Source: Eukaryota sp. TZLM1-RC (Eukaryota > Protista > Metamonada: BaSk clade). From it: 64,000 bases of DNA. The notes under the pieces are model-generated. The model ran no database searches, had not been told where the DNA came from, and saw only the letters and a list, made by a program, of their open reading frames with translations. Location of the stretch: the NCBI GenBank assembly GCA_040285825.1, contig JAUPSS010000007.1, positions 1,466,624 through 1,530,623 on the forward strand, given 5' to 3'. Of the stretch, positions 1 through 11,199 are shown in pieces (position 1 is the stretch's first letter; the number at the start of each line of letters is the position of its first letter). The position numbers and the translations under genes are program-made.

Positions 1-46
1 TGCGTGCTGCTGCAGCTAAGGGTTAAACACGACTACAACCAGGACA

Positions 47-1003
47 TTACCTGGCAATAATGTTGCTCCAAAGATCCAAATGACTCAGAGTGAAATTGCG
101 ATCCAGAGCACGGGCGAGAGCACTAGCGCCTTCGGCAGCAATGTTGTTGCCACGAAGACACAAATGAGTCAGAGTGGAATTGCTCTCCAGAGCACGGGCG
201 AGAGCAATAGTGCCTTCATCAGCAATGTTGTTGCTCCAAAGATCCAAATGACTCAGAGTGGAATTGCCCTCCAGAGCACGGGCGAGAGCACTAGCGCCTT
301 CGGCAGCAATGTTGTTGCCACGAAGATACAAATGAGTCAGAGTAAAATTTTTCTCCAGAGCACGGGAGAGAGCAATAACGCCTTCATTGGCAATGTTGTT
401 ACAACTAAGATCTAATTGAGTCAGAGTCGAATTCCTCTCCAGAGCACGGGAGAGAGCAATAACGCCTTCATTGGCAATGTTGTTACAACTAAGATCTAAT
501 TGAGTCAGAGTCGAATTCCTCTCCAGAGCATGAGCGAGAGCAATAGCGCCTTCATCGGTAATGTTCTTGCAACTAAGATCCAATTCAATGATAGAACCAT
601 CAACCAAACCCTCAACACCCTTCTTTACCTCATCCCCCAATCCATCCCAAATCACATTCGACTTGATGTCTTCCAAAATTTCTTCCTCAGAAGGGGGATG
701 GTGATCATCAATATTGTTCAAAGGTTGATAACAATGGCACCCACTCAACAACGCTTCTTCGAGGTCAGCAATTCTGGTTTCTAAATCAGAATTAGTGCTA
801 CTCAATAGAGTAATTTGATTTTCCAGCTGAAACTGGATTTGGTCCTCCAGCTGATAGTTCCTTGATACTTCATGCGGAGACACTGCAGTTCTGCAGGAAG
901 GACAGGTTTGATTCAAACCCAACCACTCATCAAGGCACGAACGGCAAAAGGAATGGCCACATGAAAGAGAACGGGGTTCAAGAAGCACCCCTCTTGTGAA
1001 CAT
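47..1003 (-). CDS. RING-like finger plus ribonuclease-inhibitor-type (28-aa) LRR protein; may continue past the left edge through a 35-nt intron at 16-50
   Basis: CGHSFCxxC...CPSCR partial RING (first CxxC missing), a coiled segment, then about six LxxLxLxxNxIxxEGxxALAxAL repeats. The stop codon lies within GTAATG...TTAACCCTTAG on the minus strand, a possible intron. Confidence 0.85.
   Translation of the reverse strand: MFTRGVLLEPRSLSCGHSFCRSCLDEWLGLNQTCPSCRTAVSPHEVSRNYQLEDQIQFQLENQITLLSSTNSDLETRIADLEEALLSGCHCYQPLNNIDDHHPPSEEEILEDIKSNVIWDGLGDEVKKGVEGLVDGSIIELDLSCKNITDEGAIALAHALERNSTLTQLDLSCNNIANEGVIALSRALERNSTLTQLDLSCNNIANEGVIALSRALEKNFTLTHLYLRGNNIAAEGASALARALEGNSTLSHLDLWSNNIADEGTIALARALESNSTLTHLCLRGNNIAAEGASALARALDRNFTLSHLDLWSNIIAR
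60..590. repeat. 84-bp tandem repeats encoding the LRRs, including a 168-bp higher-order duplication
   Basis: ccagagcacggg...agagca recurs every 84 bp; units are near-identical in pairs. Confidence 0.9.
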
Positions 1004-1114
1004 ATCTGGATGTTCACCTATGGGTGAGGGAGAGAGGAGAGAATACTTTTTCTTTTTTGAATCGAATTTGAGTTCATTACAACAATACGATCGTCAGTGA
1101 GAGAAATTGTTTTA

Positions 1115-1260
1115 CCAAGCTACCTTTGTAAAGCCGCCTTGATGAAAATTCGTAAAAATTTTATTTTTGATTTTGTGAATCGCTTTCCAGAAAAAATTGA
1201 TCTTATTGAAAACTGTAACAGCTCTTATCTTATTTCTTTGTAACAAGAAGGATTTGTTTT
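1115..1260 (+). mobile_element. Degraded internal fragment of an RT-REL non-LTR retrotransposon (family C-like)
   Basis: agctacctttgtaaagccgcc...gtgaatcgctttccagaaaaaatt resembles 56385-56520. Confidence 0.55.
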
Positions 1261-1606
1261 TTATTTTGTTATAGATTATGGTGGATTGCTTGATAATAAG
1301 GAATTGGAGAATGAAATCTCTAAAGTTATGTCTAAGCAAGAGTTTGATGAATTATATCCGGCTATTGCAAGATTAACTTATCGTGAACTTAAGAACGTAG
1401 TTACTTTATTATTCATTATTCATTATTTTTTATTTTTTATTTATTTTTTAGTTACTCTATTCAATACGTTTTTGATTATATAAATAAACAGTTAGTCATT
1501 TCAATGTTGTTTTTGTTGACTAATTCATAAGCACTAACGTTCTCGTGACTAAAAAAATATTCAAACAACATTTTCAGGAATAATTCTGATGGTTCATTTT
1601 TTGTTT

Positions 1607-1924
1607 TTAATAAATCTCTTTGACAAACCATTTTGAAAAATAACAATCATTTTTAATAACATTCAAAATCATTAATTTTATAAAGTTTCCACCGGAATCA
1701 TTGATTATCACTAGAACCTTTTTTTCTGGTGGCATATAACTATCAAATGTTTGATATTTTGTTTTAATATATCCATTGTTGATTGAAAGTATTGTTGCAC
1801 TATTTATATTATCAATTGTATAGAGATGATCGTAATCGGATAGTGATTTAGAATAAAATTGAAAATATGTTTTACGATGATGATAAAATTCAATAAAATT
1901 ATCTTCATAATATTTTTCTATCAA
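1607..1924 (-). CDS. Small very AT-rich hypothetical ORF, possibly a relic
   Basis: 105-aa ORF rich in N/I/K/Y, no motif recognised. Confidence 0.25.
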   Translation of the reverse strand: MIEKYYEDNFIEFYHHRKTYFQFYSKSLSDYDHLYTIDNINSATILSINNGYIKTKYQTFDSYMPPEKKVLVIINDSGGNFIKLMILNVIKNDCYFSKWFVKEIY

Positions 1925-2235
1925 CAGTGAGATAATTTAATTTTGGATTCATTCAAAGTTTACTTAAATGTACCATTCTTTTGTCAAATAAACGAGATGT
2001 TCTTTTCCAAGCTAAATCATTATAAGCTATTATATTAGTTTCATTTGTTTTAACTTCAACAATTGATCAACATGGTGATAAATTGATTGGTACATCATAT
2101 CTAGATCTACAATATAGATGAACAGCCAGAGATATTAATAGAATGACGAATAGAACAACAAACATTGTTGATGAAATTGTGCAAATACATTAAACAAATT
2201 ATAATTGCTCCTTTTCCTCATTAATTGTTCATTTA

Positions 2236-2340
2236 TTATTTACATAGAAAACACTGAATCATATTTGTTACACAATCAACACAATCAGTATGTTCACATT
2301 TCAAAACAACAAATTCATCATCATCTGAACAAATTGGACA
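2236..2340 (-). pseudogene. C3HC4 RING finger at the C-terminus of a disrupted small gene
   Basis: Manual translation CPICSDDDEFVVLKCEHTDCVDCVTNMIQCFLCK*; upstream frame is broken. Confidence 0.6.
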
Positions 2341-3479
2341 GATATCATTGTATTCAAATGATGGTTTGAAAGATTTTCTGTACAAATTGTGTGTATATCA
2401 TTACTTACTACTTCGAGCCACAATTATTGTAGTGTATCAACATTATGCTCAATAAAATCATGTAATAAACAATCATGTTGCGCAGATTTTCACTCACGTA
2501 TTCATAACATAGCAAGAGTACAATATTTATTTGAATATTTCTACTGAATCTATTATTTTTTCAGGAAATGGTTTTCCTGTAAACACCCAAAAGAACATCA
2601 TTGATGTGTTTTCTGAATTTTTATCAATTCTAAATTTTTTGGTGGTAAGTTTCTAAAATATAGATTCCAATCTAAGCCAAGATTCACTTAACAATTATAT
2701 TAAACAATTTCTTCCTGAGTTACTTGATTGTTTGGGGGTCATGTCTTGAATTCTTGCATCCAATAAGCTGATGGTGGTATATTATTTTAAATTTTTTTAT
2801 TAATATCATCTCAACAGATTATTCGTTCTTGCAATTTCCATCAATTGTTCCCTTTCTGACAAAGCATTGAAATCGTCATCAATTTTTAATTGTCTCTATT
2901 TTTTCTGCAAACAAAACATCTAAATATTGATTCAACGGCAAAACCCACACAACAATAAATAGTTTCATCAGGAATTTGCCCCTTTGTTATTTCAGTCACT
3001 AAAAGTCGTAATTTAGGATTTTCACACTAATATTATCGGGTAAATTATCATTAACCTCTCGTCTCCATATATCTTTCATTTTTCCCCACCATTCTTAAAT
3101 GTCTTTTCAAAATAAACATTGTGAAAAAATGGTCATTCGTATGATTACATGAGTTGCATGTAGTCTTTATGTGCTTGATGTGATCAACTTGTGATCAAAC
3201 TTTGTATGAAAATGTGAGTGAGTAATGTTGGCTATGTGTTATTGGTCAATACAAACTCATAATTAAATTTACAATTGATTTTGTATATATTTGAATTAAT
3301 TGAGTTTACTAATTTCTAAACATTAAATTTAAATAATAGTAAAAAAATAAAAAGTATACAATTGCTTGTTGCAAATTAATAAAACCATAAATTCAACAAG
3401 CACTTTTATTACAAAATCAGTACGCAAAACTAGATGATCTATTGATCAAAAATACTGCACCAAAAAAGCTAAAACAATT

Positions 3480-4200
3480 TGGCATAGTTTTCATTTGAAA
3501 TCCCCATTTCTTATATGACAAAAAGACTCCACACTTGACAAAAAATCTTTGAATTGTAATTTCCATATGAGTGTTTTAAAACGCTGTTGAATGTTATTGT
3601 GTTTTCACACTTTCTGTGAAAACATGCTTATGCACATGCGATACAAGGCAGGTTTGATGCATAAAGAAATGATTTTTGTATTCTGTTTCACTGACAATCT
3701 TGAAAACAACAATGTATGTACTGAAAAGAATACTGTTCAATGAAACTTTATTACGAAAGAATCTACATCAAGAAGAAATTGGGTAGAATATCTATTTCCA
3801 GGGGCCACATTACATCTCATGTTTTTGAATATGTAAATGCTGCTACAATAAAAGTGTGTCAATTACATATTATTCAAATACTGGAAACTATTTGAATTAT
3901 TTTAAACAATTGGTTTGTTGCTCCAAGTGAAGAAGCAAAGGGAATCCAGTACCCATTAGTTAAGAGAGTTGCCAAGGTGATGGAGGAAATAATTCTAGTT
4001 GTATTTTGTAATAAATTATAATTATAATTTATACACTATTGAATATCCAATCAGTTTTTTTTTCTTAAAAAATTGAAGAATAGTTGAAATAATTCTGGCT
4101 GTTTAAAATCAGTCATGAGTGGAAATCGATGACTTCGTTTAAGAAGTGAGTGAATCTGGATCTATTAATACAATACCAAAGAAATGATCTGCGACTGAGG
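3480..4200 (+). mobile_element. Highly degenerate DNA transposase relic, possibly hAT
   Basis: LLCFHT (CxxH-like), YPLVKRVAK and LKSVMSGNRxLRL resemble hAT catalytic and dimerisation motifs; 3585-3780 recurs inverted at about 13527-13735. Confidence 0.35.
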
Positions 4201-4757
4201 AACCATTGAAGTTTATTGATTTTGATTATTTTAGTTTCTTTTTTTCTTTAATTAAACGATTTTAGGTATTACCGCATTCCAAGCATTTTGAACATTCTTG
4301 ACGCAAGTTGTGATTTTTTTATAGATCTTATTTAGATATATATTTATTTATGGGTTGCGTGCACTCACAGACATCAAAGTGTTCGAAATATTTGCAGAAA
4401 CTGTTTTGAAAAAATACAAACAATACGATTCAAACACAAACGAGGACCGAAACGATTCTTTTTTCGTTTTTTTTACCAGATTTTAAAGTCATAAAATCAA
4501 ATTATGGAAAATTTCCAAAATGTACATACATAGATATAGCATATGGATAGGAGGATCTATTGATGCAATTGGTGTCACCCTGGGCTTCCTGATACTGAGT
4601 TGAAATAATTGACACCAAACAATCAAAAACTTGCAACAAGACATGAACACTTCACAGTAAAATGCAACTTGGGACATGTTGAGCGATTTTGAAAAAAAAA
4701 TTGTGAATAGTAAAAAAGCTTTATTAAGTCGGTAAACTTGACTGACATCATAAACAA

Positions 4758-6290
4758 TCAATCAAACACCTTGTTGACGTCAGCAATCAAATCTGATAGA
4801 TTGAGCTTGGTAGGTGGTTCCTCATGACATAACTGGTCAACTTGAGACAGTTGACCAAAATTACCATCAAAAATTGATTTGATAACAAATTCTCTCCCAA
4901 AAAACCGAATGAATTTTTTAATTATAGTTTTACAAATAGTTAATTGTTGAACAACTTGACTTTCTTCGAAATTTTCAAAATTACCTGTTTGTGTCGAGAT
5001 CTCTACTGAATGCAGAGCAGTCGAAATCCCCCTTGAAAATTTCTTCTTGTCAAACACAACATTCGCCCATCCACCAAAAAACTCTCTCAAAATTTTATTG
5101 AACATTTTCTTTTTGCTTTGCAAATATTTGAGCTCAATTATCGAATTTGTTATTGGAATTTTGGCTTTTTCTAAATTATTATCATTATTGAGTTTTTTCT
5201 TGAAAACCAAACTCCAAGTTGAAAAATGTCTCTTTTTCAAATACTGGAAATTATTTCGCTTGATGATGGAAAATTTCCGAAAAATTACTAAATTATCAAA
5301 ATAGCATCGCCAATTTAAAAGTGAATTGTGTTGAAATTTTTCATTATTTAAATCAAAATATCTACAGTTCAGCTCATTAAGTGCTTGACCAGCCAAGACC
5401 AAAGGGCCAGAAACAGCAGGACTACGGTCATAAAAGGAAGTAAACATGGTCTGATTAACTTGCTGAGACTGTATCACGTCATCTTTAATTTTTTTGAACC
5501 TTTGTTCTGACCGTGATAAAAGACCGCGTTTATTTTGTTTTGAATCACTAGTGAGTTGTTGCCAATGAGAAAAATATAATTTCATTATTTTAAAAAACTG
5601 TTGGGAAATGAATGATTCTAAATTTAACATCTGAAAATGAACAAAGACCGATCGATCGGAAATTTTGGTTGGTAGGTCATGATTAGTCAACAAAGAGCTC
5701 ATATCGTCTTTTACAGAGTCATTGTCAAAATTTGATCCAAAATTTGGTGGTTTTATCAGCGACCTCCATTTACAAAAAACACTAGATTTAAAATTAATAA
5801 ATTTAATAATTAATTGAAAATCTTTAATTAAATCAGAATAGTAATTGAACAAATGAATCCACTTATAGAAATAAGGCGAAAGAATGGACAAATCACCATC
5901 GTATGACGTGGCATCATGAGCTGATGACGTAATCTGTAATGACTTTTGAGAATTCGTATCAACCAAATTAGACAAAGTGCTGATTGTGTCAGAAATTGTT
6001 TCAAAGGTTTGTTGTAGATGCAAAGCTTCACCAGGATTTCTGTTAGCAAAGCTTTTCCTTCTGAAAGGTTTGGATCTTGGCGTAGAGAGTGCATGTTTGT
6101 GAGAAGGGGACTGTTGGTTGGAATGGGACGTGCGAGGGGTCCGGGGGCTGAGATAACGGCTCTTGATGGACTGGAATCGTGCAGATGAAGGAACATATGG
6201 AAGCAATGATGATGTCTTTGGTGATAAAAGAGGAAGCTTGGGAAGTGTAGGACTACACTGTCTCTGGTGAATGATATCTTCAATAGTCAT
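4758..6290 (-). CDS. Hypothetical protein with Sfi1-like (centrin-binding) Trp repeats
   Basis: 510-aa ORF; S/P/R-rich N-terminus; spaced FxxW motifs (FCKWR, YFSHW, HFSTW, FFGGW). Confidence 0.55.
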   Translation of the reverse strand: MTIEDIIHQRQCSPTLPKLPLLSPKTSSLLPYVPSSARFQSIKSRYLSPRTPRTSHSNQQSPSHKHALSTPRSKPFRRKSFANRNPGEALHLQQTFETISDTISTLSNLVDTNSQKSLQITSSAHDATSYDGDLSILSPYFYKWIHLFNYYSDLIKDFQLIIKFINFKSSVFCKWRSLIKPPNFGSNFDNDSVKDDMSSLLTNHDLPTKISDRSVFVHFQMLNLESFISQQFFKIMKLYFSHWQQLTSDSKQNKRGLLSRSEQRFKKIKDDVIQSQQVNQTMFTSFYDRSPAVSGPLVLAGQALNELNCRYFDLNNEKFQHNSLLNWRCYFDNLVIFRKFSIIKRNNFQYLKKRHFSTWSLVFKKKLNNDNNLEKAKIPITNSIIELKYLQSKKKMFNKILREFFGGWANVVFDKKKFSRGISTALHSVEISTQTGNFENFEESQVVQQLTICKTIIKKFIRFFGREFVIKSIFDGNFGQLSQVDQLCHEEPPTKLNLSDLIADVNKVFD

Positions 6291-6524
6291 TACAATTGTG
6301 AGGTGTCATTAGGTGTGGTGGGGGAACCAGAAAATAATCTGAGTCAAATTCTGCTGCAAATCATTCTCAATTCAATTCTATTGCTGAGATTCAACCCATG
6401 TTAAATTGATCTGATAGTATTTATAATCTAAGTTCGTTTGTTGGTTTAAATCATAAACTCTTCAAATTAATATTTAAAGAATTGAATATTTAATTGGGCA
6501 ATAGCTGAAATCGATAGAATGTTG

Positions 6525-7190
6525 TGCCTCACTACGACTTTCACTTTAGCAACATCTGTTCTACAAATTTATGACAATCTCTACTGATTCTGTCTGAACG
6601 TTGAATATGAGATTTCTAGGTATGAGATATGAGATTTATGGACTAATAACTTACCTCATAATTTTCTTAATGAATTTGAAAAATTACAACTACTCATTTG
6701 TTAAATTGTAAACACTTTATTACTTTTAAAAGCCGGGTTCACGATGATGTCAGAGTTCAATTATATTGTATGTGCACGTCTCATAGAATTGAATCTTTTT
6801 TAGAACCTCTGCTGTCAAATCTGTTTGATGCTGAAGATGATTTTCACCAGAATGATAGAAATGATTTCATATTAGCTGGATCAATGGAACCTTAATACTG
6901 ATGTGAAACTTTTTAAAATTGGTGCAAAACAGATATCGCTACGTCTTTCACTTTAGCAACAACCGTTTCACGAATTTTTGACAATCTCTACCGATTCTGT
7001 CTGGACTTTGAATATGAGACTTCGTACTTTTAATTGTAAACATTTTAAAGCAAGGTTGACGCTGCTGTAAGAGACCAATTAGATTGTATGTGCAAGTCTC
7101 ATAGACTTAAAACCTTTTTGAAACCTCTGTTGTCAAATCTGTTTGATGCTGAAGAAATTTTCCACACGACTAATAGAGGTGATGTCATAT
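6525..7190 (+). mobile_element. Two tandem degraded fragments of family A non-LTR retrotransposon (CCHC/REL region)
   Basis: HLLNCKHFITFKSRVHDDVR...LEPLLSNLFDAEDDFH matches 31070-31260; the segment occurs twice. Confidence 0.8.
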
Positions 7191-8858
7191 TATATTATAT
7201 GTCATATTATACCTCAATATTGTTGTGTGTGCAAAACAGATATAGAGGTTTATGAAAATAATGTGATGTTCATTGATGCGACGATAGTACATGTGGAAGG
7301 TCTGTATTCCTTTGCGGAACAAATCTAGATACAAAATTGTCCTGAACATTGGCTAAAATGTGTGAACCCTATGAACATCATCTGGATGATTTGCTTTGTT
7401 TGCTGGGTTATTGAGATGTTGATCTATAAGATGTTCAATGGCTTCCAAACTTGTTATCAGTAATTCTCCTGTTCCTTCCATTAACTTTGAAGAATCATGT
7501 TTTTGTTAATTCGTATTATTAGATATTTGTTTCTCTTTTTAAGTATTGATGAATATCGAGATCAACTGTCATCTCTTTAACCGAAGTTTGAACAAAACCG
7601 TTCGGTTTTTCTTATTCAGAATTTTTTCTTTTCTCCAAACTTGTTATTCAAGAAAACTGACCCATATTTTAGCAGTTCACATTGCCATCTATTGAATTTT
7701 ACAAAATTTTCAACAAAAAAGAACAAATTTCTTAACCAATTTTCTTTTCCTCAATTCGTCATTTTGCTGAAATCATATTTTTGTAGCATCGAATTAGCTG
7801 GTCTAGATTTTTGCAAATCCACAAATTAAGGATAGTTTATTGATAGATGTAAAAATTTCATTCTCAAATTGCAAAACGTTCGTTTGAAAAAGCAGGTTGA
7901 TATTGCTTGTTTAGTTTCATCGTAGAGTGAAATTGTGATGAAAAATTTGTAACACATTCTCAGTATCACTCATCTTATTGATCCGGTTAAGTTTGATGGC
8001 AATGTCAATTCGTGCTTGTGCGACACAATTACTGCACATCATTACTGTAAGTAACTCATAAGTTACACCATGTTTACCATTTACCGAATTTCACTTTTAC
8101 GATGTTTTTCGGGGCCAAACGAACCCTGCATTTTGTGTCATTGTATAGCTGACATAAATTAGATTTTACCCCTGCTATTCAAGCTAATTTTCGTATGGCA
8201 ATTTCCAAATGTTCGTCTTTCTCACAGAATCAATAACCAAATCGCACTGGTACTGTCAATTGGCTACTATAAAAGACACAATATGATGTTTATTGCATTT
8301 AATTTGCACTATTAGCATTGTAGAAGAACGAAAGTCTTGAATTGTTTGGTCGATTACCTGAATCTCCAGCAAAAACTGTTGCATTGTTGGAGAAGCAGTG
8401 TCTGAAGCTAATCGCCATAGTTGTTTCCTTTCATTATTAAACAAAGTTAGTAATTGCAAAAGCGAGAAATGAATGAGCCTCAGTTTTATAAGTAGATTGC
8501 TGCTTTCCTATTTTGAACAAAAAAAGTAACGGTTGACTATTTTAGTACAAATTGAACGAGAAGGCCCTTTTTTATTATTATAAGACTGGTAGACTCGCCG
8601 AAAATGAGAAGGCACATTGTATGTTCTCAATCACTATCAGAGTCCTGACATAGTTTTTAACTTTTATTCCATAATAATACAACTATTAAAAAACAATTAA
8701 ATTTGATTACGAAAACCAAGTTCATAAACTGTGATGTCAATATTTTAATTTTCCAGAACTTGGAAGAAGAAGATTTATTTATTTACTTAAATGGTAAATC
8801 CAAACAAAACAATACTTACAAAAAGATTTATTATCCAATAAACCGAAACAAAAAACCT

Positions 8859-10977
8859 CTAAAAAACTCTCAAGTCGCGAACTTCATTAATAATGTCAAA
8901 GGCCTTTCTTAAAACCGAAAGTCTCTCGTTCAGAGCTTTTCTTCTTGCCGCCACCTCAGGATCTTCAGCTAGCAACTGCTCAAACATATCTTCCTTATAA
9001 AGATATTGAACTAACTCATTTTGCAGTGTTTCCTTAGTCTCATTAATCAAAAATGCCATAATTGTTTTGGGAACAGTATCACGAACTTTCTTTGCGACCA
9101 ATGTGAAATAAGATTCCAAAAGCCTTCCAATTAGCTCAGTTGCCATGTGTTCATGATCCCCCAAAGGTCCCGTTAGTTTAAGAGAAGAAGGAACTTCATC
9201 TGTCGATGTTGACTGTCTTCTTGATTTTGATGACGTAGCAGGTGGAGAAGTTGACTGTTTTGAACCAAAAAAGCCAAATATTCCTGAACTACTTGCATCA
9301 ACCTGCTGTTTTGGTTCTGGTTTTGCATTTTTTGATTCCTTCTTTGACCCACTATTTGGTGGAGCAGGTTCACTGGCTTGTTGTCGACTCTCAACTTTTT
9401 GATCAACCAAAGAATTAATTGCACCAGAGGCCCCCAAAAAATCAGGATGATTAGTATTGACATATGCCAACTCAATTTTAATCAAATCAGAAATCATTTT
9501 CTTAGTGGGAGTCAAGCACTTTCTCAACAGACTTCCAGCGACTTCTAATATCCGCTCAGTCAGATACGTGAATCTTTTCAGCTCGGCACTTGGACATTGT
9601 TGAGTGATTCTGAGCAACTCATGATAAACAAGTTCAACAATCCTAAGAGCTGGTGACTCTAGTCTAGAAATTTGACGCTTAACTAATAATTCAAATGATT
9701 CTTCAGGAATGAACAAAGAAGTCCTAGGTCCCGTCGCATTTCGTATGGCAGTTCTTATATCTTCACGTTTCAGTTCATCATTAGAAGCAACTTTCTCTAT
9801 TTGTCTAGCCAAAATGTCATGAAAGACATAAGCAATACGAGCACCACCATAAAGTTCATTTGTAGCCACATCAGAGAGCTTGCCATCTATTGAAGCATTG
9901 AAATCAGTGGCATAATTGGTAAGCAACTTTAACAACAACGCGCCCTGATTATGACTTCCCACCAATTCTTCCCCGCCTAGATTCTTCAGCTCATCATTTA
10001 CAGAATTCAACATTTGTCTGACTTTGTCTTTAATCGAAGGTAAAGTTTCATGTATGTGGTTCATTAGAATGTAGTTGAGGGCTTTTGCTAGGAAAGGTGT
10101 GCCTAGTTTGTTTGCAATTGTTCTATATTTGGGATGGTTTTGAAAGAACTTTGCTTCATCCTTGAGTGCTTCAGATATATTCTTATCAGTGCTTATGTCT
10201 GCCTGAGAACGATTCACAACCCCCACAAATCCTAATCTTAACTGTACCACTTTCCCGGTAAGGATATCCAAAGCATCTGTGCCCTGGTCCATAATGTCAA
10301 GTTTCGTGATAACACCCAAAGTCCTTTTCCCTTCTGGATCCACGTGTCTGGCTAGTTGGAGGGCGTCAGAGTTCGCGAGGTCCTGGTTAGCAGCTGAGAC
10401 AGCGAGGATGATGGCATTTGGTTTCTGAATGTAGTGTAGGACCAAGTTTCGAATCTGTTGCTCAATATCAGCAGGTTGGTCATCAATGGCAATCTTGGTG
10501 ACACCAGGAGTATCTACAAGAGTCAGCGGGACAACACGAGGAGAAAAGATCTTGAGGTTGATGGGAACAGGTGAAATGGCCTTGCCTTTACCTAAGAGTC
10601 TTGTGGTCTCAGCAGCTATTTCATCCCGTATAGCAGAAAAGTCACGGTATACCTGGTCTGGACGGTGAAGAAAAACACCATATTCCTCACCTGTGCTTGG
10701 GATGAGTTGAAGGATAAGAGGTCTTCTGGTACAGATACCACTACCACGAGGTAGGAATGAGGCTTGGCAGATGTTTTCGAGAACAGAAGACTTGAATTAG
10801 GGGTAAAAGTGGGAAACAAACCTTACCGGAACTTTGAGAGCCAATAACGACAATTTGAGGGAGATCAATGTATGATTCCACACCCACTGAAGTAAAGATG
10901 TCTTGGAGCTTGTTAATTACAGGTATAAGTTTTTCCATTCCAGTAAAAGTGCGAGCATCAGACTTGGATTTGGACAT
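8859..10977 (-). CDS. Dynamin-related GTPase (Dnm1/Drp1/Vps1 type, no PH or PRD domain), about 695 aa; exons 10977-10822 and 10790-8859
   Basis: [14 protein letters not shown]|SSVLE P-loop joined across a 31-nt intron (GTTTGT...CTAATTCAAG, 10791-10821); [28 protein letters not shown]-terminal GED. Confidence 0.95.
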
Positions 10978-11084
10978 GGTGAAAAAGGCCTAGTATAAGG
11001 ATATGAAGTGAGTTGTTGCGAAGCAGAAGTCCTTGAAGGTTCGTAGAGCTGATTTTGTCAGAGTAAACCCTGCAAACTTTTTGA

Positions 11085-11199
11085 TCATCTGTGAATTTCA
11101 TCGGAAATGCATACATCATGTAGCATTCCTCCATTCCCTTATACGGTTTCCTTTTCAGGATCACAGCGCCCGAAGGCAATACATGGATACAAACAACTA
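11085..11199 (-). ncRNA. Candidate Fanzor omega-RNA scaffold
   Basis: Directly after the Fanzor stop codon: GCC-UUCG-GGC (11168-11177), UCCU-GAAA-AGGA (11149-11160), GGAAUGC...GCAUUUCC stem (11103-11129), closed by CUGUGA/UCACAG (11161-11166 with 11089-11094). Confidence 0.6.

Noticed and set aside
60-590. Regularly spaced repeats as a CRISPR array
   Set aside because: Contiguous 84-bp LRR coding units with no unique spacers; no CRISPR array was seen anywhere in the window
80-784. Plus-strand ORFs opposite the LRR gene, and similar antisense ORFs opposite other genes
   Set aside because: Shadow frames of real genes on the other strand
11089-11166. Hammerhead ribozyme reading of the structured RNA (CCGAUGA and GAAA present)
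   Set aside because: The core reads CCGAUGA rather than CUGANGA, stem II is not flush with the core, and there is no correctly placed UH cleavage site
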